Source of the DNA: Vermamoeba vermiformis
Taxonomy: Eukaryota
DNA length: 64,000 nt
Assembly: GCA_045837725.1 (NCBI GenBank)
Contig: JBEWZL010000126.1
Coordinates: 372,001 to 436,000, forward strand
Reading direction: 5' to 3'
Each line of letters opens with the position of its first letter. The first letter of the stretch is position 1. Made by a program: the position numbers and the translations under genes. Below the pieces are notes generated by a model that was given only the letters and a program-made list of their open reading frames with translations, did no database searches and was not told the origin of the DNA. Positions 55,816-64,000 of this stretch are shown piece by piece.

Positions 55816-57697
55816 ATGTCAAAAAAACGAAAGATCAATCAAGAAGATGATCAGCTCGGGAGCAAGCGGATCAAGACTTCGAGATCTGAGGACCGCACGT
55901 GCCCAATCTTCTCTTTACCACCAGAAATTATCAAAGAAGTTTTATATTATTTATTGACGCCCGATTGTTCTCGGTAAGCGCTATTTGACACGTCCATTTC
56001 AAGTGGATTTAGTTTTTTTTTTTTTTTAACTTTCCAAAAAATGCTAAATAATATCAAAATAATACATGATAATAAACGTGCACCTATTTTTCAGATTTTC
56101 TTTCACGTGCAAACGTCTTCGATCAATTATTTGGTCCTCAATGCCCCGGATCGACCTTCCATTCTTCAGAGAGAAGCATTTGGGAGGATTACTTAAGGGC
56201 TGCAAGATGATGACGTCATTAGAGAGTCTTAGTATCAAAATTACACCTAGTCCCGGCAAAACAACAGATCCCACCGAATTTTTTGCAACTTGCAACAAAA
56301 TGACGCGACTGGAATTTGATAGCGGAACGTTTGACCCATATATAATGATTAGTCATATGACCTCATTGAGAGCTGTCGTTATTCATTGGAACAAACGACC
56401 GCGTCAAGATATTTGGAACTTAGATCTGGCCAAGTTATTTCCAAATCATCCGCACTTGACTTCATTTGCTATCACTGAATGTAGCTTGTCTGAATGTAAG
56501 TACGATGTATATAATTTAATATCGACTTCCAATATACATGTATATTATTCTGACAAACATAACGTCATCATAAATTGACGCGCGAAAAAATTCCTTTTAG
56601 AACATTTATTCTTCACTGAAAATAGTAAATATTCCATATAATCATGATTAATATCGTAATAACACTATAATGCTTTGCAATATCCGAACAATTATAATAA
56701 TCTTTTTACGGGATCTGACATTTTTTGAACAACAGTGCAAGACTTGAATGTACTGAGCAATCTCAAGTCACTGACAATAGAGGACTGCATTAATATGACG
56801 AGTGACGAGCACATTCAGCACATCAGCACCACACTGACAGCGCTCACTGAACTCAATCTGCGATATTTTGAGAGCAGCGCAGATTTGTCAGTCATAACAA
56901 ACCTCGGCCAACTAACAGCATTAGACCTCTCTGGCTCATCTTTCGAGGAAAATTTATCGTTTTTATCGCAATTGACCAATTTAAAGTCGTTGGATCTGAA
57001 CAACTACGAAATTTTGACCAAATCCAGCGTGGCAGCAATAGCAAAAATGACGCAGTTGACGAGATTGATTATAGGAATCGACGAAGATGCATTTCAAAGT
57101 GATATTAAGGGCCTCTCAGTATTGACTAACTTGCGCGAGCTCGCTACACCTGCCTACATGGATATTTCGCGCTTTAAATTCTTGGAAAAAGCAACGTTCT
57201 TTTACGAATCAAAACTACTCTCCCCCGTAGCATGGATGCCTAGTTTGAAAGATTTATCGCTGATAGATATCTCGCTGCACGAACAAGGAAAGCAGATCCA
57301 GTATTGGGTGCACTTGACGAGACTTCAAATCGACCACTTTGAGCCAAAACAAGTTATTCCGCAGTTGAGCTACCTTCAAAATCTCCACGAACTATCTCTC
57401 GATGCGTTTTACAATGATTGTCGTAAGTTTATCTCTATCCAATCTCCAAATTTAGTAACTAACAATCTCGGATCTAACTTTAATTTAATTTACAGAAGAA
57501 GCGCTGTTTAAAGCATTAAGGCCGCTGACGTCATTAAGAACACTTGAAATTCAAAATTTGATCTTGAATCAAGCCTGGGTCAGGACTCAGGACTCAACAA
57601 ATTAACACAACTCTTCAACTCGTCAAAGTCAAGTCAGTCCCCTTTGATCAATGCTGCGCCTAAAATCAAGTTTGAAGGCCCGAATATCAGAGTTTAA
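55816..57697 (+). CDS. F-box/LRR protein; apparent frameshift in the last exon near 57556
   Basis: IFSLPPEIIKEVLYYL..FSFTCKRL is an F-box, followed by multiple LxxLTxLxxL repeats. The last exon needs one extra nt at caaaatttgat to read on to GLNKLTQL. Confidence 0.8.
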
Positions 57698-58332
57698 CAC
57701 TTCCAGATCGCCACCGACTCTCGTGTAATCTGCTGTTGATGATACTCACAAAATAATAGACCCTATCTCCTCGCTTTAGGAGCTCATCCGCGATATGAGA
57801 ACCGAGCCGACCGGCTCCAACTAGCATTACTGCAAGCTTGTTTGATGCCATGAGATGTACGTTGTTCGTGTGGGTAATTGTTTCTGAGACTTGAAATGAA
57901 TGCAATTTCGATTGGTTTTGAGCTTTTCGTACGGAAAAACGGCGGTAGGAATTCTCAGAGAACTTATTCCTTTTATGGTCTGTATCGCCGAGTTTACCTT
58001 TTTTTGGTAAATAGTCGTTGGAGATTTCAGGATAAATGTTTGCCCGAAAAAACTAAGTTTACTTGATCGTTGATTTGTAAGCTTACAACAATAAAATATG
58101 ACACTTTGCTGTAGGGCGTTAATAATACAAGTTAGGACTTTATTTAGTCAACTAGCATTCATTAGTATTCATCCTCGTCATCGTCGTCAAAATCAAAATC
58201 TTCCAACGAATCATCGCCACGATAATCTTTCATAAGCAAGTTGTGTCTATTTGGTGAGTATTCAACAGCTACACTCGGATGCGTGCCTTCAAATTCGAGA
58301 TCGGGGCCTGACTTGACTTTGACGAGTTGAAG
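57613..58332. repeat. Perfect 25-bp inverted repeat (57613-57637 / 58308-58332) inside a ~50-bp imperfect inverted repeat
   Basis: cttcaactcgtcaaagtcaagtcag versus ctgacttgactttgacgagttgaag. Confidence 0.9.
57750..57851 (-). pseudogene. Orphan N-terminal fragment of an NmrA/isoflavone-reductase-like oxidoreductase
   Basis: MASNKLAVMLVGAGRLGSHIADELLKRG is a Rossmann GxGxxG start. It lies on the opposite strand to the rest of the gene. Confidence 0.75.
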
Positions 58333-58352
58333 TTGCGTTAATTTGTCGAGTC
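58162..58352 (-). pseudogene. Orphan C-terminal exon of an F-box/LRR paralogue
   Basis: LDKLTQLQLVKVKSGPDLEFEG...DFDDDDEDEY*, homologous to + strand 57591-57690. No upstream exons on this strand. Confidence 0.65.
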
Positions 58353-58354
58353 TT

Positions 58355-59105
58355 GCGGTCAAAAAAGTAAGCCAGATTCGATTGAAGTCTACAAAGTTTG
58401 ACACTATTTAATATTATTCCAGCACTTCTGTCAGCTGCAAAAATAGCTGGAGTCAAAAGATTCGTTCCGTCTGACAATGCAATGGACATCTTCAAAGTAA
58501 AAGATGAGATCTTCGGCAACATGCTTCGACGTCGCTTCTCTGAAGAAATTTTGTATCCTAGTGGCGTAGGATATACAAATATTTTAAATGGGGCATTTCT
58601 GGAGAACGGCACGATTGAGTTTATCCGAATTTTGGATCGCGCTAACAAAAAAGTAAAAATTTGGTCGAAAATTGACTACTTTTCAATACTGATAACAATT
58701 GTAAATAAGGTCAACATATACGGTACCGGCAATGAGAAATGGCAATGGACTACTCTTGAAGATACGGCACGCTACACAGTCGAAGCGATCCACGACGAAT
58801 CTGCTCTAAATCAGGTCGTCAAAGTATGTGGCGATGAGATATCCCTAAATGAGTTCGCCAAGGTGCTCTCAGAAGTGACTGGTTCAACTTGGAGCACGAA
58901 CATTCTTGGAACCGAAGAAGATCTGCGCAACTTGATCGCTAAGAATTACAAAGAGCAGCCGCAAAATATATACGCTTGGATGCCGCTTCAATACGTGTGG
59001 GGCTCAGTCAGCGAAAAGTTTATTCTTCGTCCTCTCTGGAACAACAAATATCCCAGTGTGCATCCGACGACCGTCCGTGCTTGGGCCGCTTCGCAGAAGT
59101 GGTAA
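58355..59105 (+). pseudogene. NmrA-like oxidoreductase, C-terminal two-thirds lacking a collinear start
   Basis: Spliced GQKTLLSAAKIAGVKRFVPSD, YTNILNGAF, IYGTGNEK..TTLEDTARYTVEA and NNKYPSV. Confidence 0.75.
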
Positions 59106-59274
59106 ATACTCCGTTAACGCAGCGACGAACCGATTATAGATGCTTTTTTGGTTGGATCAATGCCGCGCTCAATAAATATTCATAGTCTTTTCGTTAATGA
59201 TGTACACCGAACAAATGATCACGCATATTACATAAAGGACTTCCTAAAGCAAGATTTCATATTTATTTTTTGGT

Positions 59275-61240
59275 TTACAAATCAATCGTGCTGGTGTTCA
59301 GTGGTTTATAAAACATTTTATTCTCTTTGGTATTTTCATCTATTTCCACCCAGTATCGCAACAGGTCGTAGGTTCTGCTAGTTGGATCTGCCGCTTTCTC
59401 GAACGGAAAGAGCGGATCTGGAAAGTATTGCTGGCCGAGCTCTTTTGCGGCACTGATAAATGTATCTGCTTGCAATGCATCGCTCGTCTCCATAGCTTGA
59501 GCCTTGGCAAATACTTTGACGACAAAATCTTCTGCCGCCGCTTTGATCAATCTGATGGCCCTGGCAGGGATGTAGTCGTTGCAGTCGTGCAGCCACAAAA
59601 AGGCGTCGTTGCATTCAGCCAGCCAGAACTTAAGTTCGCCTTCAAAAGGACTCTGTTCGTTGGGATACTCAAATTTTTTGCGAATTTCCTTCGCGTTGAC
59701 AATGTAATCCGTGAATGTGAAGAATAAAGGCACTCTAATGTCTCCGTCTATCATGTCGTACACCTGCTGCAAATATTCCACGATGGGCAGTGCAAGTGTT
59801 TGTGGATATATTTCCGGGTCAACGGGCATGAGGGCGCCCAGCACAGGCTCGTAGATCATAACCGTCTCCTCCTCACGGACAATATACTCGCCCATATGAA
59901 GGACTTTGAAGAGTGCTGTCTTGGCATCGGTTGACAAAGTTTGACCGGAGTCTGAGTCCTCTTGCTCGCTCGGAGAATAACTGGAGCCATCGCTGTCGAG
60001 CTCTTGCTGCAAATATGGCACCACTACGCTGGCTGGTTTCTTGAACGATGATGGTGCTAGTTGTGTCAAGTCACTAAGGGCGGTACTTTCTTCGCCAACA
60101 AAATTGCTCCATGTGACTGACCGGACTCTCACCGTGTCTAATTTTGGTAAACAGACTGGCGGAGCTCTCGCGCACTCGTGGTCCCACACTTCACCCATCT
60201 CGTCTATTGTAGGCAGGAACTTGAATCGCGCGCCATTCATGGCCTGTCAAAACGGTTAATTTGGACGTTCGGTCACTAAGAATAATGTACACCACTTACT
60301 TTATATAGTTCTCGGAAGTCATTGGTCAATTTGAATTCGTGGAGCTCTTCCCAAGCGTCGAGTTCATCGTCAGTCAGGCCAGGATTGAACATTCTGGCCC
60401 GCTTCACTTTTCCACCAGGTTTTCTGCGCTTCGAGTAGGGTTTGATTGCTTCGGTCAACTTCTTCGATATTTCTTCGACGAGGTGCTTGATTCTTGTGGC
60501 GTTAAGGAAATTTCTCTTGCATTCACTGAACCAATCGACTTTCTTCTCGTTTATCACAATCTCGCTGTATGTCGGATCGTGCCTCTCGTTGAAATTTCGA
60601 ATTTCATGTGGCAGTCGCCAGCGTTGGCCATAAAACGCACTTTGCCACAATTTGGGCGAGGCTGACAAGAGCGTGTCAAAGTATTTTGACACCTGTCGCC
60701 AGCGCACTAGATCTTGCAAGTCACTATTGAGCAATATAGGCCAGAAAAAATCATTGGGGAGTGTTGTCGACGTTGCAGTAGAGTAAACAGGTCTGCATCT
60801 GCGATCTGAGTCCGTTGGATCTACAATGATTGTGTATTCGTTCGTCCACGATGCATAATAAAAGTTTCTATTCCAAGGATCTTCGCGCAACAATCCTACT
60901 TCTTGAGGCTTCAAAACTTGTGAGATCTGCTCCGCATCCGACAGTTCTGACGACAGCTCTTCTGATGATGAAGAGTAGTCTGATTCTCTCCTCACTTCCC
61001 AATACCGTGTATGGGAAACCTTTTGCTTCTAGCGGGGATAGCGTGAATTATTAATAAATGTCACTGGCGCGCCAAATTTTTTTAAATTTATATTGCTGAT
61101 TTACTGTCGTATCTTAATATTTTTAGTAATATAATACTTCTCTTGGCGTCGCTTAACTAACTGACGCTTTGGAATGTATCTGATTTTTTTCTTACCTTTT
61201 GGATTTGATTTTCTAGCCTCTCTGATGCTCTTCTTTTCAT
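59275..61240 (-). CDS. F-box + SMI1/KNR4 (SUKH) protein with a possible C-terminal histone-fold-like segment
   Basis: LPNDFFWPILLNSDLQDLVRWRQVSKYF..LW is an F-box, and NPGLTDDELDAWEELHEFKLTNDFRELYK is SMI1/KNR4-like. The 5' exons from ATG 61240 are inferred. Confidence 0.75.
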
Positions 61241-61424
61241 TACGGTATATCAGATTGCGCAAGATTGAGTGCACGAGTTAGGTCACGAGTGTTGTGTTGG
61301 TTAGTTAATGGGACGGGTCACGAATAGCCAGGTATGGGACAGGCTATTTTGTTCACGATTTTTTTGAAAGCTCAAATAAGACAAGAGCCGCTCAAATAAA
61401 TTAATCCAAGAAGATTATCTTTAA

Positions 61425-62504
61425 TTACTTGAACTCATCAAAGTGTTTTTTGAAGTAAGTCCACGAAGACTCGTTAGGCGCGGTGAACTCTGTTGGTGCG
61501 TGACGGAACACGGGTCGTTTTTCAATCTCGTCTTTGAGCACTTGCGGCAGTGCGTCGAATGAGCTCTTCTTGCCGCCTTGGCCACTGTAGACGAGATAGC
61601 CTGGTCTCGCGCCCATCTTCATCCCTGTCAACGTGATGACACGTGTCAAATGAATTCATCTTGCTATGATTATGGACTTACAAGGCAGCCATTGACACTC
61701 TCTGTTCCACGCTACAACTGCTTCGAGTGAGCTCTTGACATCTTTCTTGGCCAATTCATCGTTGCTGATGATGAACTTGAAGTGCTCGTTAGCCTAGATC
61801 TCGAATGATTAATTTTGCGTTGAAATCACTTATAATGTATTCTTTACCTGATACATAGCATCAGGGCTGTAGTCTTTGAATTGAGGGTCATTGGCAAGAG
61901 GATTGGGATAGAATAGAGGAATGTCCATTGTCACGATCGTACAGCCCTCAGTTGTCATCACTGGGACTTGAGGAGGCAGCGGAATATTAACTGGATCATT
62001 TGCAATATGAGCCACTTTCACCTAATGTAAGTAGATTAAGGTAAGAAAGACGAAACGGATCCGGCTTTTAAATCCAAGTACGTTGTTTATCAAGATGTTC
62101 AAAGCTAAAATATAGTAATAATATTACCTGTTCGTTAGTCCAAGGATTTGTCCACAGATCTACACGCTGTCCAGTTTGAGGATCTAAGTAGATCAAAATC
62201 TCTCGTCCAAGCACGGTAAATTTGTTTTCTTCAGCCTTGTGTAAGATACGCGAAACGTTGACCATCTCCCATTTAAATAAGACTTTCTGTCTTTCACCAG
62301 GTACCAAGCTAACAAAAAAAAAATTAATATTTAAAAATCTGCTTGATTATAAAGCTCAATTTGATAATTTATGACTTACATAAAATATAGAAACAATATA
62401 AAAAACAGTTCTTACCTTAAAACTACACCAGATGCGTGTTGATAAGTTTCTTCCTTCGGATCTGACGAGGTGCGCAGTTTAGCAAGAGTCAAAGCGTCCA
62501 TCAT
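61425..62504 (-). CDS. DUF1838 family protein
   Basis: VPGERQKVLF, YLDPQTG..WTNPWT, HIANDPVN, IPLFYPNPLA, WLPWMKMGARPG and NESSWTYF. Four GT-AG introns. Confidence 0.8.
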
Positions 62505-62635
62505 TGTTAAATGTGTTGTATACTTGTATTGGATTTTAATATTAAGGTACGCGTTGCAATTTTCAGCTTTAGATTGACAACTCTGCCACGTGATATTTCC
62601 AAATATGGACAATAGTATCTTTATTCATCACCGCG

Positions 62636-63983
62636 TTACTTGCGAAAGAATTGAATATTGTGCCCAATCTCGTCGTTTTTGTACCAACTAGCTTCAAATT
62701 CTTGTCGCACATCGTCTTGCAAAAGCGCCATTTTCCAACCAATTCTTTTGAACTCATTGAGCCATCTCTCGTCATTGCCATCGTCTGATAGCTCCAGTAA
62801 TGTATTAAATGCCCTATTGATATCTTTCGAAGAATTTCCAAATGATTTTACGGCATACGCTTCAAAACTGCCGCAGATCTCGATCAGGTTCGTGTGGCTG
62901 TTATACTACACGATTGGATTAGCTTATTGCACCTATAGATATCATATAATTGTTGCTTACCTTCACAAATATTAACGAGTCGTTGATTTCAAGTGCACTC
63001 AACAAGCGCGAGTACATGAATGTCACGGACTTGTGCGCGTCAATAAAGGCCTTCCACACACTGCATCTGATGTTATCGCCCAGGTCCGTTGACGTATTGT
63101 CTGTGCTCAGCACGAGCATTGGACGTATGAGTTTTGAGGGCGCGTAAAAGCCAGGGTAAGATACCAGATCCATGCAGATCCAGCTATTGCTGAGCAGTGA
63201 TTTAACATTCCTTTGCACCACTTCATGATGAACACTATCTAAATACAAACAGTATTATATGCTGCGTCCTTCTTAAATACCTCGTACATCTTTTTTCTAG
63301 TTCGGTTTGTGAGCACGTGATGCAGTCAATAATTTCACTCAGTCGCAGCGATATAGCTTGTGATTTTTGAACCATTTTCAACAACAATGTGCACGCCTCG
63401 TCGGTTAGTGTAGTATTAGTGTAAAACTCCTCGCAGTAGTAGTCAGGATCCGGCTGCGAGTCTCCGATATCGAGCTCAAGATACCCGCTATATTTGAAGT
63501 GTTACAACCCAATATACAGCTATTAATAATGTCATAGACTTACTAGTCATAATTAGTCAGGGTACTAATCTCAGCAGTGTATTTTTCCATTTTTGAACGA
63601 AGTCGTTTGATCCGCAGCTTGTGCAGTATAAATAGCAAATCTGGCGTGGGAATACAATCATCCTTACATATAGTAGGTGACATTCCTAATCTAACCCACA
63701 TCGCGCGTGAATGAACTATTTCGCGGTGTCTGAAATTCAAATTAGCATTAGAAGAATTTTTATAAATCAGTAAATGCAGTGTGTACCTTCTGGATAGTAT
63801 AGACAATGTGTAGATGGTCTTACTGTAATTAAATAAATAAGAGATAATTATTTCGACCAGTTCAGGCAGATCAAAAATGCACAAAGAGGCATTTGTCGAT
63901 GCTGGATCGAGTTTTCTTCGCTTATTGATTTCGTATTCTTCATTTTTCTCCTCGTTAATCGTATCATGCCTTCGTTTGTGCAT
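62636..63983 (-). CDS. F-box-like protein with degenerate LRR-type region
   Basis: NLS-like KRRKL, IFDLPELVEIIISYL..LSILSR (F-box-like), and phase-compatible exons down to a stop at 62636. Confidence 0.65.
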
Positions 63984-64000
63984 GTTTGCGTCAAGTTACA

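Overview
This is a gene-dense, intron-rich eukaryotic nuclear region with short GT-AG introns, AT-rich spacers and CpG-rich exons. Gene content (alpha-actinin, kelch-ectodomain tyrosine-kinase-like receptors, a class C GPCR, a poly-Asn tail) suggests an amoebozoan-like protist; the taxon is an inference. About 30 genes were reconstructed by hand. Conserved ones are alpha-actinin, MO25/CAB39, an M17 aminopeptidase, ERCC1, an S41 peptidase, WDR7, RRP9 and an O-methyltransferase. The last 16 kb hold five F-box genes. The most notable item is a secreted PstS-type phosphate-binding domain fused to a class C (GABA-B-like) 7TM domain, a candidate phosphate-sensing GPCR that carries a 1-nt frameshift in this assembly. 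Also notable: a 1.09-kb TIR element inside an F-box/LRR exon, an inversion that splits an NmrA gene across strands, CpG-depleted islands suggesting 5mC, recurrent intronic RGATCY and CArG motifs, a PTC7-like pseudophosphatase and an atypical Ras. Exon boundaries and family assignments are by eye and from remembered motifs, with no database searches.
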